Shown here: positions 63,670 through 64,000 of the stretch, in pieces
Layout of the letters: each line of letters starts with the position of its first letter
Position numbering within the stretch: the stretch's first letter is position 1
NCBI RefSeq assembly: GCF_035594765.1
Contig: NC_085842.1
Span: forward strand, 208,579,747 to 208,643,746
Direction: 5' to 3'
Source of the DNA: Anolis carolinensis
Taxonomy: Eukaryota
Length of the DNA: 64,000 nt
Made by a program: the position numbers and the translations under genes
The notes under the pieces: generated by a model
Told to the model about the DNA's origin: nothing
Databases searched by the model: none
Seen by the model: only the letters and a program-made list of their open reading frames with translations

Positions 63670-63797
63670 NNNNNNNNNNNNNNNNNNNNNNNNNNNNNNN
63701 NNNNNNNNNNNNNNNNNNNNNNNNNNNNNNNNNNNNNNNNNNNNNNNNNNNNNNNNNNNNNNNNNNNNNNNNNNNNNNNNNNNNNNNNNNNNNNNNN
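63670..63797. other. Assembly gap
   Basis: Run of N. Confidence 1.
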
Positions 63798-64000
63798 TAC
63801 ACACACACACAGGCTTGAGGTTGATCAAACGTCAAAATATATAGATGCTGAAGATATATATAGGTGTTTAGTCAGTCTGGCGGCTATATATATATATATA
63901 TCCTCAACATCCATATGTATTTACGTTTGATCAACCTCACGCCTATATATATGTGTGTGTAGGCACGAGGCTGATTATTATATATATATAGTGATGTTTA

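Overview
This is vertebrate genomic DNA containing the posterior-to-central HoxC cluster, all on the + strand: HOXC11, HOXC10, miR-196a, HOXC9 and HOXC8, then a probable shared 5' non-coding exon and promoter for HOXC6/5/4 at about 62 kb. Each Hox gene has two coding exons joined by a phase-1 GT-AG intron. Unusually for a tetrapod Hox cluster, the intergenic DNA is full of transposons: 11 Penelope/Poseidon-like (PLE) fragments, four palindromic Harbinger-like MITE loci and one CR1 3' end. This points to a squamate, most likely an anole (inference). The PLE terminal repeat carries a minimal hammerhead ribozyme. Seven insertions are fold-back hairpins whose inverted arm always stops at the boundary of the 34-nt tail. 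One of them (60139-60288) turns around exactly at the predicted ribozyme cleavage site. Other notable items are the Hoxc8 early enhancer, a miR-196/HOXC8 3'UTR circuit, start-proximal uORFs in HOXC10, HOXC9 and HOXC8, homopolymer expansions in HOXC10 and HOXC11, and AT-microsatellite-linked hairpin/tandem duplications. There are four assembly gaps. Comparisons to human or mouse sequence are from memory and need alignment.
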